Shown here: positions 20,272-30,731 of the stretch, one piece after another
Layout: the number at the start of each line of letters is the position of its first letter
Position numbering within the stretch: position 1 is the stretch's first letter
Source of the DNA: Deltaproteobacteria bacterium
Lineage (GTDB): Bacteria; Desulfobacterota; JADFXK01
Length of the DNA stretch: 42,387 nt
Assembly (NCBI GenBank): GCA_015233625.1
Contig: JADFXK010000001.1
Location: 9,537 to 51,923, forward strand
Reading direction: 5' to 3'
The notes under the pieces: model-generated
What the model saw: only the letters and a program-made list of their open reading frames with translations
What the model was told of the DNA's origin: nothing
Databases searched by the model: none
Made by a program: the position numbers and the translations under genes

Positions 20272-20355
20272 CACCGAAGACAAGGAAATCTCGATACAAT
20301 AGACGGAAGATTCGGGGAAGCATCGCATTTTCAAGGTTCTTCAACGTCCTCGGTG
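20272..20355. repeat. Imperfect intergenic inverted repeat (REP-like palindrome)
   Basis: CACCGAAGACAAGGAAATCTCGA is matched by the reverse complement of TCAAGGTTCTTCAACGTCCTCGGTG about 35 bp downstream. Confidence 0.5.
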
Positions 20356-20408
20356 TTATGCTCTTTGATTTGACGAAACCACACCTGATTATTGATGAAT
20401 ATGGAATA

Positions 20409-21740
20409 TCACGCCGAGCCGACCAGTCCATCACTGGATGTCTTAGCCATCGTCCCGTCTGTCCGCTGGTAGGTAGTCGTCACACCACCGCTTCCATCTA
20501 TCTGGGCCACTCCCACGGGGGCCGTCACATTCAGCCGGAGCTTCAGCAGGTCGTCGCCCTGATCGTTCTTACCTTTGGCCACATCTTGGACATTGACAAA
20601 GGGGTCGAAGATCTGTCTTGATTGATCCATCTGATCAGTGAATTGCCTGGCCATGTCTTTGATCTGATCGATCGCCGTCTGGAATGGAGATCCAGCCTGA
20701 TCCGTTTGGCTGGCTGCCGTCGATCCTGCAAAGGCCGCTGTCAGGTACTGGGGAACACTGGTTTGGCTGGCGTTATCATCCATCATCCCGGCGTTTCTAA
20801 CAATTTGGTCTAAAGTCCGTTTCAACTGATCGTCATTTCCACCAGCCGGTCCGGCCGTGGGATCATTAGTACTTATCCCGTCACCGATTTGCCCGCTGCG
20901 GAAACTCACCAGGGAAGCCGTATAGGACTGCCAGGATTGATATTCTCCGATGTCTGAGCGGTTCAGGGCCCTGGCCATGTGCCTCCTGTTAAAGTGTGGA
21001 TCCTCAGGAATCCCGTAGATTTTCGGGCCCCTGTCATGATGTCTCCTGGCATGGTGTGTATTCATGGAAGAAATCTGGGTGTTCATCTGGACATTTACAG
21101 CCGACACTTCCTGGTGGTTCACACTAACTTCACCAGTCCGACTGTTGATGGATATATCAAGAGATTCCATATTCATAGCGCTGACATGCTGAAAGGAACT
21201 CATCCGCCCGCCCAGTCCCGAGGCCGCAGTCTGGAAGTCCGATGAAGTGCCGGATGAAAAAGAAAAATCCATGGCTCCAGACTGAGAGTCGGAATTATTT
21301 TGGAGGGCTGAAATAATCTTTTCGGCATATGACTCGGACTCATCCGGTTTAAACCCGATAGCTTCGAATAAGCCGGCCATTTCGTGACTTGTGCGGTGGA
21401 ATGCCGCCTGAGTCATTTCCGTCTGGGCGGTACCCGGATCGACCGACTGGGCCCCGGCAAATACCTGGCTGACACTGGCGGCTAGCATAGACACTGACTC
21501 GGACTCCTGAGTGAACGTGGCCTCCCTCGGCCCGAACCCGGTCTGACCGTGTCCACAATCGCCCCTTGACCGTTGGCGGAACTCGTCGCAGGTCCCTTTC
21601 AGTTCCGATTCAAAATCCAACCCGGCGCCCTGGGAATATCCTGCCCCTAAGGATGAGAGACTGCCCAGATCTATCCCTGACCCACATCTGCCCAGCAGCC
21701 CCGATTGGGGGAAACCTGAACTCATTCCATAAATATTCAT
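20409..21740 (-). CDS. Ser/Gly/Gln-rich hypothetical protein
   Basis: Long ORF of about 443 aa from ATG 21740, which lies 6 nt after AAGGAG. No family was recognised. Confidence 0.75.
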   Translation of the reverse strand: MNIYGMSSGFPQSGLLGRCGSGIDLGSLSSLGAGYSQGAGLDFESELKGTCDEFRQRSRGDCGHGQTGFGPREATFTQESESVSMLAASVSQVFAGAQSVDPGTAQTEMTQAAFHRTSHEMAGLFEAIGFKPDESESYAEKIISALQNNSDSQSGAMDFSFSSGTSSDFQTAASGLGGRMSSFQHVSAMNMESLDISINSRTGEVSVNHQEVSAVNVQMNTQISSMNTHHARRHHDRGPKIYGIPEDPHFNRRHMARALNRSDIGEYQSWQSYTASLVSFRSGQIGDGISTNDPTAGPAGGNDDQLKRTLDQIVRNAGMMDDNASQTSVPQYLTAAFAGSTAASQTDQAGSPFQTAIDQIKDMARQFTDQMDQSRQIFDPFVNVQDVAKGKNDQGDDLLKLRLNVTAPVGVAQIDGSGGVTTTYQRTDGTMAKTSSDGLVGSA

Positions 21741-21988
21741 AAGCATCTCCTTCTCCCCCACGGCCCCGGAGGCTACCGCCGGGATGAGACCATCCGTTGT
21801 CCATTGTGACCAGGCCAGGCCGCGACTGCTGCCGGTCTTGCCCCCGCCCTACGCTCTGGTCTTCTCTGACCGCTCCGGCGAAATTGCCGGGTCATCCCCC
21901 ATCCTCGGCCGGTGCTTACCATAAGTCTTATCAGGACCGACCCAAACTTGCCGACTACAATCAATAATAGACTTCTACCGGTTCGTGT

Positions 21989-22004
21989 TGCAATAGTCGC
22001 GCCA
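21989..22004 (-). promoter_or_regulatory. Sigma54 (RpoN) promoter
   Basis: Minus strand TGGCGCG-ACTA-TTGCA matches TGGCACG-N4-TTGCW with exact GG-N10-GC spacing and points toward 20409..21740. Confidence 0.7.
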
Positions 22005-22330
22005 GTCCGCCACCTGTCACCTCTTTTGGAGAACTACTTAACAAAAGTAAACAATTTGGGATTACCCGATTAGCCGGCGCTCTATGCAAGGAGTAGTGGG
22101 GGAATTTTTTTCCCAGTGGCAGGAAAGATACGCGGGTGTTGGGATGGGCGAGGAAATGGGGTCAGGCTTGGAAAGGAAGGACGCTCAGATTTCTCGAAAG
22201 GGGCATTTTCGTGCCGCTTGTTTATTTAATTCGTGGTGAGCGTTGGCAACGGCCAATTTAGTCCACCGGTTTGAGTATCTTTCGTCCCGATGGATTTGAA
22301 CGCCGCCCACGCTTGACTTGGCAGGAGGGG

Positions 22331-24757
22331 CTAATTCGGTTGCGCCTTAGTGGCCTTACTCCGAGAGGCTTGCAGTTTGGCCAGATTCTTCCGAACTTTT
22401 GACGTAAGAGGATGCTCCGGCCCCAGGACCTGCTCCACTATCTTCAGAGCTTGATTAAACAGCAATTCTGCCTGCTTATATTTACTCTGAGCCAGGTATA
22501 ACTCCGCCAGGTTATTTATGGTCCTGGCCGTGTCGGGATGACTCGGCCCAAGGATTTTTTCCCTGATCTTCAACGCCCGTTGAAAAAGCGGCTCGGCCTT
22601 GTCATTCTTACCCTGGGCCAGGTATAGGTTCGCCAGGTTATTCAATGTCTTGGCCGTGTCGGGATGATCAGGCCCCAGGACTTTTTCCCCGATCTGCAAC
22701 GCCCGCTGATATAGAGGCTCGGCCTGGTCATATTTACCCTGGTCTTGGTATAGCTCCGCCAGGTTATTCAAAGTCGTGGCCGTATCAGGATGATCAGGCC
22801 CCTGGACCTTTACCCTGATCTGGAACGCTCGTTGATATAAAGGCTTCGCCCGGTCATACTTCCCTTGGGCCCGGTATAACTCTGCGAGGTTGTTCAGGGT
22901 CATGGCCAAGCTGGGATGCTCCGGCCCCAAGGCTTTTTCTTTGATCTGCAATGCCTGTAGATATAGAGGCTCGGCCCGGTCATACTCACCATTGGCGTAG
23001 TATAGTTCTGCCAAGTTGTTCCGGGCCATGGCCGTGTCGGGATGATCCGACCCCAAAACCTTTTCCCTGATTTTCAACACCCGTTGAAAGAGCGGCCCGG
23101 CCAAGTCATACTTACCCTGAGCCCAGTATAGTGCCGCCAAGTTGTTCAGAGTCGCGGCCGTGTCGGGATGATCGGACCCCAGGGCCTTCTCCACGATCGG
23201 CAACGCCCGTCGATAGAGGAACTCAGCTTGGTCATACTTCCCCTGGGCCCAGTATAGGAGCGCCAAGTTGTTCAGAGTCGCGGCCGTGTCGGGATGTTCC
23301 GGCCCCAGGCCTTTTTCCCTGATCTTCAATGCCCGTTGATATAACGGCTCGGCCTGGCCATACTTCCCCTGAGCATAGTGTAGCCCTGCCAAGTTGTTCA
23401 GGCTAGCGGCCGTGCCGGGATGTTCCGGCCCCAGGACTTTTTCTCTAATCTGCAACGCCCGTTGATAGAGGGGCTCGGCCTGAGCATACTTCCCCTGGGC
23501 TTGGTATAGTGCAGCCAGGTTGTTCAGGCTGTTGGCTGTGTCGGGATGATCCGGCCCCAGGACTTCTGCCCTAATCTTCAATGCCCGTTGAAGAAGCGGC
23601 TCGGCCTGGCCATACTTCCCCTGGGCTTGGTATAACTCCGCCAGGTTGTTCAGGGTAGCGGCCGTTTCAGGACGATCGCCACGGGTTGTCTCCATGACCC
23701 GCAATGACCTGTGGTATAAAGGCTCGGCCTGGCCATACTTCCCCTGGGCTTGGTATAACTCCGCCAGGTTGTTCAGGGTAGCGGCCGTGTCGGGACGATC
23801 GGGGCCCAGGACTTTTTCCCTGATCTCCAATGCCCGTTGAAAAAGCGGCTCGGACTTATCATACTTCCCTTCTTCTCGGTATAGCACCGCTAGGTTATTT
23901 TGTGATTCAGCGATGTTAGGATCATCTGGCCTCAGGAGACGTTCTCTTATATCCAGACTGGCCCTTTGCGATGCCTCTGCTTCGGTATATTTACCGGCAC
24001 GGTAAAGCGCAGTCCCCTGCTGATTCAAATAGTCAGCTTTGACCAATTCCAGGCCGGACGGGACAAGCTCAGCGGCTTGCCGATAGTAATCAGCCGCCGC
24101 GGCATAGGCCAACAAAGTCATCTTCAGGTTCCCAGCCGCTGCCCTCGCGGCAGCAGCAGACAAGTATTGTTTCGCCGCAATTCCTTGATGTCTTTTCGCT
24201 TCGGTCAAAGTCAAGTTACCTGCCTGGTAGAGTAGTTTTTCCGCCATGGCAAAATCGCCCAGGTCCAATCCTTGCTTGGCTTTAGCCATAAGGACGTTGA
24301 CCTCAGAATCATCGGAATCGGTTTGAGCCAGTTTCTCCTGAAGTACTTTATACCGGACGGCCATCTCCCGCAGAGTGTGGTCCAGTTTTTCCGGAGGGAC
24401 GTACTGCTGCTTCATAGTCTTAAAGAAATACTTTAGAGCTGCTTGGGTCACACCCAACTCTGCGGCGAGCTTGTCGTATCGCTCCAGCGAAGGACCGTAA
24501 TTGTCAATAGTTCCGCTTCCAATGTTGGCCTGTTTTTCCGCGGTGACATTTCCGCCTATGGATATTGTATTGGTCTTCGGTGGCTTAGACCAGGGGATGA
24601 TGCGAGACCAGGGGACAAACTGATTCAATAAAAAAACGACCAGCCCAACGCTAATCCCATTAAAAACCCACTGCATTGTCTCTCCTAGCCGGCCGGGTCT
24701 TTGACTGATGTCTCTCTCTTGGGGCTTAGTTCCGGGTTTCTTTGTCTTCTTTTCCAT
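22331..24757 (-). CDS. Membrane-anchored TPR protein with 13 tandem ~42-aa (kinesin-light-chain-type) repeats
   Basis: N-terminal TM segment, then repeats of AxxLNNLAxLYxAQGKYxxAEPLYQRALxIREKxLGPxHPDT. Confidence 0.93.
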   Translation of the reverse strand: MEKKTKKPGTKPQERDISQRPGRLGETMQWVFNGISVGLVVFLLNQFVPWSRIIPWSKPPKTNTISIGGNVTAEKQANIGSGTIDNYGPSLERYDKLAAELGVTQAALKYFFKTMKQQYVPPEKLDHTLREMAVRYKVLQEKLAQTDSDDSEVNVLMAKAKQGLDLGDFAMAEKLLYQAGNLTLTEAKRHQGIAAKQYLSAAAARAAAGNLKMTLLAYAAAADYYRQAAELVPSGLELVKADYLNQQGTALYRAGKYTEAEASQRASLDIRERLLRPDDPNIAESQNNLAVLYREEGKYDKSEPLFQRALEIREKVLGPDRPDTAATLNNLAELYQAQGKYGQAEPLYHRSLRVMETTRGDRPETAATLNNLAELYQAQGKYGQAEPLLQRALKIRAEVLGPDHPDTANSLNNLAALYQAQGKYAQAEPLYQRALQIREKVLGPEHPGTAASLNNLAGLHYAQGKYGQAEPLYQRALKIREKGLGPEHPDTAATLNNLALLYWAQGKYDQAEFLYRRALPIVEKALGSDHPDTAATLNNLAALYWAQGKYDLAGPLFQRVLKIREKVLGSDHPDTAMARNNLAELYYANGEYDRAEPLYLQALQIKEKALGPEHPSLAMTLNNLAELYRAQGKYDRAKPLYQRAFQIRVKVQGPDHPDTATTLNNLAELYQDQGKYDQAEPLYQRALQIGEKVLGPDHPDTAKTLNNLANLYLAQGKNDKAEPLFQRALKIREKILGPSHPDTARTINNLAELYLAQSKYKQAELLFNQALKIVEQVLGPEHPLTSKVRKNLAKLQASRSKATKAQPN

Positions 24758-25216
24758 TGCCGTTATCCGAAATTGATAATTCGCTTTCTTCGTTTCGCCA
24801 CCCCAAAAATGCAGCGCAGGGTTTCAAAAGTCAAAAATCCTCTGATCTTCTCTTTTCTCTCTGCGTCCTCATCGGGTTGCCTTTTCTTTCAATTTGTTAT
24901 CCCCTCGTTAAGCCGGGTCGGCCTGATTCCCTGCCCTGATCAGGGCCGAGCGCGTCAGGCGAGGGGGCCGTAATCTTGCATTCTTTGGTCCGGTCTACGG
25001 TCTCGCAGGCCAAAAGCTAAATCTGCCAGGTTATGTTGGTCAACTCAGCACAAGAGCTATAGCTTTTCCGGAAAGAAAGTCCCTGAGGTTTTGGGTCGTT
25101 AATTTAATGAAGCCAAGTTGAACGCTGGCCGCTGCAGCCTTTATCCGGCTATCACTTTTTCTCCCGATGGACTTAGAGGCTACCCTCGCTTTGCCTGGCT
25201 GACGGGGCCAAATCGG

Positions 25217-26186
25217 CTACGCCTTACTGGCCTTAGCTCGTGATGCCATCAGTTTGGCTTGATTGGTCCGAACCTTGGCCGATCGGGATGCCCCGTCCCC
25301 TGGGCCGCCTTAGGTGTGCAACGCCGGTTATATAGCAGATCGGTCAAATTATACTTCCCCGGGCTCCGTATAAGCACACCAGGTTGTTCAGGAAGCGTTG
25401 ATATTTGAACCATTCGACTTAAAAAGTCGTCCCCTCGAATAATTAGGATGCCTTTTATGGGCGCTTCCGTTTTGGGTACTTGCCGGCAAGATAAAGCGCC
25501 GTCCCCTGCTGATTCAAATAGTCAGCTTTGGCCGATTCCGAGCCGACCGGGACAAGTTCAGCAGCTTGCTGATAGTAATCTGCCGCTGCTGCATAGGACG
25601 TCAAAATCATCTTCAGGTTCCCGGCCTCAGCCCAGGAGGCGGCCGCAATCATCTTCAGGTCCCCAACTTCAGCCCAGGAGGCAGCCGCAGTGAGGAACTC
25701 TTTGTCAGCGGTTTCACTTAATTTTTTGGCCTCTCTCTTAATGCTATCAGCCTTGCTTAATGATCGTTGCCAGGCCTGATTAAGCTGATTTTCCGCCTGG
25801 AGATAATCGCTCTGGTCCAAGGCGTCCTTGGCCCTAGCCCTAAGGGCTTTTACTTCGGGATTATCGGATGCAGTCGTAGTCAGTCTCTCCCCGAGGGCAT
25901 TGCGCCACTCCCCTATCCCGGCTGGCTTTGCATATCCTTCCAGAGAAGGGCTGTAGGTGCTGTTTTGCTGCTGGTTAGGCATGATGTGGTTTTGCTGCTG
26001 GTTAGGCATGGGGGCATGCGGGCTTAAAAGGAAATTGACTACCGTGGCTAAAAGAACGGTGACGAGCCCGTTTAATAGATACTCTTTGCTAGATAGCCAC
26101 TTCATTGTCTTTTTGAGCCTGCCTGGTCCCTTCTCGATATCTCTTTCTTGGGGGTTACCGCCGGTCGTCTCTATTTTCTCTTCCAT
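25217..26186 (-). pseudogene. Decayed paralog of the TPR gene (repeat array collapsed, frameshifted)
   Basis: The 243-aa ORF matches the N-terminus of 22331..24757 up to AGKY and then shifts frame. Downstream remnants read LNNL..LY, GKYN and AKVRTNQAKLMASRAKASKA* (paralog C-terminus SKVRKNLAKLQASRSKATKA). Confidence 0.85.
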
Positions 26187-26478
26187 TGCCGTTATCCGAA
26201 ATTGATAATTCGTCTTCTTCGTTTGGCCACATAGAATATGCAGCGCAGGGTTTCAAAAGCCAAAAAACCTTTGGGTCCTTTATCCTAAGCCTATTCCCAA
26301 CTGATGGGAAACAGAATATAATATCATCCATCCGGCGGAACCGGACTCCGGCCCCAACCGAAACAACCGGGGCATACATCCCCTTATTATTTATCTTATA
26401 CCACATGACAATCGTTTTTTCAAGCCGGAAATCCGACGCCAGCCATAAAGTCACCAGCCGATCCGCCATCAGGCCACA

Positions 26479-27042
26479 TCAGACCTGGCAGCCCGGAATC
26501 TGACCTAAGGGAGAGATGAAATAGAATGTGAAGGCGGCCAGGACCATGGCGTGATCCATCTCGCCGCTCCGGATCATGGCCGGGATCTCAGCCAGCGGCC
26601 GGGTGAGCACTTCGATATCCTCCCCGTCATCCTGGCGTTGCCGACCCAGCCGGGTCACTCCCTGGGCCAGGTAGGTGGCGCAAGCATTGCCGAACAAAGC
26701 CGGATTAGGGTTGACCTGGCCCAGCAGGATGATCTCCCCTCCCCCGTATCCGGTTTCTTCCAACAGCTCCCGCCGGGCTGCCTCCTCAGCCGGTTCGTGA
26801 GGATCCACCAGACCTCCGGGGATCTCCAGCGTGACCGATCTGGACCCGAACCGGTATTGCCGGATCAGGACCACCTGATTATCGGGGGTAATGGGAATGA
26901 CATTCACCCAGTTGGGCGAGTCGATCAGGTGAAAATCGTGCTCCATTCCAGTCCGGGGCGAGCAGGCGCGGTCCGTTCTGACCGAAAATACCCGGCACTG
27001 GTATTGGAGTTCCGAGGAGACAATGGGCCATGGTTTGATCAT
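26479..27042 (-). CDS. NUDIX hydrolase (ADP-ribose pyrophosphatase-like)
   Basis: Nudix box GGLVDPHEPAEEAARRELLEETGY, plus LIRQYR and NPNP. Confidence 0.93.
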   Translation of the reverse strand: MIKPWPIVSSELQYQCRVFSVRTDRACSPRTGMEHDFHLIDSPNWVNVIPITPDNQVVLIRQYRFGSRSVTLEIPGGLVDPHEPAEEAARRELLEETGYGGGEIILLGQVNPNPALFGNACATYLAQGVTRLGRQRQDDGEDIEVLTRPLAEIPAMIRSGEMDHAMVLAAFTFYFISPLGQIPGCQV

Positions 27043-27094
27043 TAAACGTCACCTTATGGATATATAGTTGTTTGAAGAAAGGTTCTGCTTAGCG

Positions 27095-27210
27095 ATGATT
27101 TAATCTGCAGATTGCACCGAGTTGCGCAGATTAGAGCATACAAGCGATTGAATTCAAGCTTCCATCTGTGGGTCTCTTCCATCTGCGTTAATCTGCGTAA
27201 TCTGCGGATT
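27095..27210. repeat. MITE-family palindromic core, copy 2 (ends eroded)
   Basis: ATGATTTAATCTGCAGATTGCACCGAGTTGCGCAGATTA ... ATCTGCGTTAATCTGCGTAATCTGCGGAT, colinear with 1993-2100. Confidence 0.8.
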
Positions 27211-27578
27211 CATCCTTGCTATCAAAAAAGATCATCCGCGTCAATCACCCTATTTAATCGGATTCTCCAGGCCCCGGTGACCGCATGCAAGAACCGGCAG
27301 CTTATCCGAAAATCGCTCCCCGGCATGAAAATCCCTTGACTTATGCGCACCCTGTGATAAATATCGTGGGTTTGAAAACTACGGTTGATGCCCCGTCGGG
27401 GCCATCGTCCTCAAACCAATTGCCTGCTTTAAGAGACTGCTTCATTTCGGCACAAGTTGTCGATAGATGGAACAGTCTATTCGTGTTCGCCGACTCGCCC
27501 CGAGACCGGTATATCTCAACCAGGGCCATGAAAGGCAAGTGGGAGACCCTCCGCGCTAATGAGTAATGGGAGTAATTA

Positions 27579-30371
27579 ATGGACTATAAAGACACGCTCA
27601 ATCTTCCCCAAACCAGCTTTCCCATGAAAGCCAATCTGACCAAAAACGAGCCGGAACAGCTCAAGGAATGGGCCGAAACTGATCTATATCATCAGATCCG
27701 GCGAAGCTCGAAGGGAAGACCGCCATATATTTTGCACGACGGCCCTCCTTACGCCAACGGCCACATCCATATGGGCACCGCCTTCAATAAGGTGATCAAA
27801 GACTTCATCGTCAAATCCCGGCAAATGATGGGCTTTGACGCAGCTTACGTCCCCGGCTGGGATTGCCACGGGTTGCCCATCGAGCATGAGGTCGATAAGA
27901 GATTAGGCGCCAAAAAGGCCGAGGTCTCGGTCGTCGAGAAACGGCGGATGTGCCGAGAATATGCCGAAAAGTTCATCGACATCCAGCGGGAGGAATTCAA
28001 ACGGCTGGGTGTGCTCGGTGATTGGAACGACCCTTATCTGACCATGAAATATTCCTACCAGGCCGTGATCATGCGGGAGTTCGGCAAATTCGCCCTATCC
28101 GGCAGCGTCATGCAAAGCAAGAAACCGATCTACTGGTGTTCCTCCTGTCAGACGGCCCTGGCCGAGGCGGAAGTGGAGTACGATAACCATACTTCGCCCT
28201 CCATCTACGTCAAATTTCCCATGATCTCCGATGTCTCCGACCTCATTCCGGGCGTCGACGCCAACAGCCGGGTGTTCGTGGTCATCTGGACGACCACACC
28301 CTGGACTATTCCAGCCAACCTGGCCGTGGCCCTGCACCCCGACCTGGAGTACGTAGCGGTGCGGGTCAAAGACGACATCCTGATCCTGGCCCAGGGATTA
28401 CTGGAGCAGTTCATGACCATTCTGGGCCAGACCGATTACCAGATAGTGGCCACGATTAATCCCCGAGCCATGGAGGGCCGCAAAGCCCGACACCCCCTGT
28501 ACGACCGGGAGTCATTGGTGGTCCTGGCCCCGTATGTGACCCTGGAAGCCGGGACCGGTTGTGTGCATACCGCCCCAGGGCACGGCCGGGAAGACTACGA
28601 AACCGGGCTGCATTACGGCCTGGAGGTCTACTCGCCGGTCAATGACCAGGGTTGCTTCACTCCTGAAGTGGAATTCTTCGCCGGTCAGTTTGTCTTCGCG
28701 GCCAATAAATCGGTCATCCAGAAGCTGGCCGAGGTGGGCGCTTTGCTGGCCGAGAAATCCATTGACCACTCCTACCCCCATTGTTGGCGTTGCAAGAATC
28801 CGGTCATCTTCCGGGCCACGGAACAATGGTTCATCTCCATGGACAAGACTGGCCTGCGTCAAAAGGCCCTGGCGGAAATCAACAAAGTGACCTGGACCCC
28901 GGCCTGGGGCCGCGACCGGATCTACAGCATGATCGAAAACCGGCCCGACTGGTGTATCTCCCGGCAACGAGCCTGGGGCATTCCCATCATTGTCTTCTGG
29001 TGCCAGGATTGCGGCGCATATTTGATCACCCAGGAGACCATAGACCATATCTCCGCGATGGTCGAGAAGGAGAGCGCTGATATCTGGTATTCTAAAACAC
29101 CGGCCGAGTTATTGCCTCCGGGCACCGTCTGTCAGCAGTGCGGGTCAGCCCACTTAGAAAAAGAGACGGACATCCTGGATGTCTGGTTTGATTCCGGGGT
29201 CAGCTTTGCTGCGTGTGTGGAAGCCAGGGAGGACTTGCGGTTCCCGGCCGACCTGTACTTAGAAGGCAGCGACCAGCACCGGGGTTGGTTCCACTCTTCC
29301 CTCTTGGCCTCGGTGGGGACCAGAGGCGTGGCTCCCTATAAGCACGTCCTGACCCACGGCTTCGTGGTTGATGGCAAAGGCCATAAGATGTCAAAATCTC
29401 GGGGAAATGTTATCGCTCCTGACGACATCATCAAGAAGAATGGGGCTGAAATTCTGAGATTGTGGGTCGTGGCCGAAGACTACCGGGAGGACATTCGGTT
29501 GTCGGGGGAGATCCTGTCGCGGTTGACCGACTCTTATCGCCGCATCCGCAATACCGCCCGCTTCCTGCTGGGCAACCTGAGTGATTTCAATCCGGCCACG
29601 GATGCCGTGGCCCCGGCCGACATGGACGAGATCGACCTGTGGGCTCTGGATCGGCTGCAACGGTTGACCGAAAAGGTTATAGCGGCATACCAGGACTTTG
29701 AATTTCATCTGGTCTTCCACTCCATCTATAATTTTTGCGTCACCGATATGAGCGCCTTTTACCTCGACGTGCTTAAGGATCGGATGTACACCTTCAACCG
29801 GACGGCCCGACCCAGGCGCTCGGGACAAACGGTGATGTACCGGGTGCTGGATGCCTTGACCCGCTTGATGGCTCCGGTGTTATCCTTCACTTCCGAGGAG
29901 ATCTGGAAGTATCTGCCGGCGGATCCCAATCGGGAAAAGAGCGTCCATCTGGCCGGATTCCCTAGTGTTGACCCGGCCCTGAAGAATGCCGAACTGGCTG
30001 AGCGCTGGACCACTTTCTTGAGTGTCCGGAGCGAAGTGACCAAGGCTTTGGAAATCGCCCGGAAAAATAAAGACATCGGGCACTCCCTGGATGCCGCGGT
30101 AACACTTCATGCGACCGGAACGCTGTTCGAGGCGCTGCAACCCTTCGCGGCCAAGATGCGGGATCTGTTCATCGTCTCCAGTGCCCGACTCACGGCCGAA
30201 CCGGCCCCGGAAGGCGCCTATAAAAGTGACCTGCTCACCGATTTCGGCGTCCAGGTGACCCAGGCTGCCGGCCTGAAGTGCGCCCGCTGCTGGGTCAAGG
30301 ACGAGCAGGTCGGCACCTATCCGGACCATCCCGAAATCTGCCCCCGGTGCCATGAAGCCTTAACTAGCTGA
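27579..30371 (+). CDS. ileS: Isoleucine--tRNA ligase (type 1)
   Basis: [54 protein letters not shown] and a C-terminal CxxC..CxxC zinc site. Confidence 0.99.
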   Translation: MDYKDTLNLPQTSFPMKANLTKNEPEQLKEWAETDLYHQIRRSSKGRPPYILHDGPPYANGHIHMGTAFNKVIKDFIVKSRQMMGFDAAYVPGWDCHGLPIEHEVDKRLGAKKAEVSVVEKRRMCREYAEKFIDIQREEFKRLGVLGDWNDPYLTMKYSYQAVIMREFGKFALSGSVMQSKKPIYWCSSCQTALAEAEVEYDNHTSPSIYVKFPMISDVSDLIPGVDANSRVFVVIWTTTPWTIPANLAVALHPDLEYVAVRVKDDILILAQGLLEQFMTILGQTDYQIVATINPRAMEGRKARHPLYDRESLVVLAPYVTLEAGTGCVHTAPGHGREDYETGLHYGLEVYSPVNDQGCFTPEVEFFAGQFVFAANKSVIQKLAEVGALLAEKSIDHSYPHCWRCKNPVIFRATEQWFISMDKTGLRQKALAEINKVTWTPAWGRDRIYSMIENRPDWCISRQRAWGIPIIVFWCQDCGAYLITQETIDHISAMVEKESADIWYSKTPAELLPPGTVCQQCGSAHLEKETDILDVWFDSGVSFAACVEAREDLRFPADLYLEGSDQHRGWFHSSLLASVGTRGVAPYKHVLTHGFVVDGKGHKMSKSRGNVIAPDDIIKKNGAEILRLWVVAEDYREDIRLSGEILSRLTDSYRRIRNTARFLLGNLSDFNPATDAVAPADMDEIDLWALDRLQRLTEKVIAAYQDFEFHLVFHSIYNFCVTDMSAFYLDVLKDRMYTFNRTARPRRSGQTVMYRVLDALTRLMAPVLSFTSEEIWKYLPADPNREKSVHLAGFPSVDPALKNAELAERWTTFLSVRSEVTKALEIARKNKDIGHSLDAAVTLHATGTLFEALQPFAAKMRDLFIVSSARLTAEPAPEGAYKSDLLTDFGVQVTQAAGLKCARCWVKDEQVGTYPDHPEICPRCHEALTS

Positions 30372-30407
30372 TCAAAATGCCGCATCAGTTTATCAGGTCG
30401 AGGAAGG

Positions 30408-30731
30408 ATGATGAATAAAACCATATGGCTCTCTTTCGATATCGCGATTAGGGGTGATTTAGAAGGGCTCTATGCCTGGTTGGACTCACATGGCGCCAAA
30501 GAGTGTGGCACCAGCCTGGCCGTCCTCAAGTATCCTGATACTGGTAACCTCATTGAGGACCTAAAAAAAGACCTGGAAGAGCATGTGACTCTTGAAAAGA
30601 ATGACCGAGTTTATGTGACATATCAGAACCCTGATGGTAAGGTTATCGGTAAATTTATCTTTGGCAAACGCAAAGGAGACCCCTGGAAAGGGTACGGCCC
30701 GCAAGGTACAGATGAAGATGACAGCGATTAG
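30408..30731 (+). CDS. Hypothetical protein, possible Cas2/VapD-like fold, putative partner of the PIN protein
   Basis: 107 aa with GAGGAAGG RBS. The N-terminal strand IWLSFD followed by a helix resembles the hhhxYD start of Cas2/VapD-like proteins (inference). Acidic C-terminal tail. Confidence 0.65.
   Translation: MMNKTIWLSFDIAIRGDLEGLYAWLDSHGAKECGTSLAVLKYPDTGNLIEDLKKDLEEHVTLEKNDRVYVTYQNPDGKVIGKFIFGKRKGDPWKGYGPQGTDEDDSD

Noticed and set aside
22400-24040. Regular ~126-bp DNA repeats as a CRISPR array or DGR template/variable repeats
   Set aside because: The repeats are the in-frame 42-aa TPR units. There are no unique spacers, cas operon or reverse transcriptase, and no adenine-specific pattern was noticed.
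27530-27560. Canonical T-box riboswitch upstream of ileS
   Set aside because: The GGTGGNACCGCG antiterminator motif is not matched and no terminator follows. It is kept only as an unexplained structured leader.
27760-27785. IleRS HIGH motif variant (HMGT) as a mupirocin-resistance allele
   Set aside because: The enzyme is a type 1 IleRS in its housekeeping ileS-lspA context. The variant alone does not support a resistance claim.
30408-30731. Cas2-like ORF as evidence of a CRISPR-Cas locus
   Set aside because: There is no cas1, other cas gene or array in the window, and the fold resemblance is only an inference.
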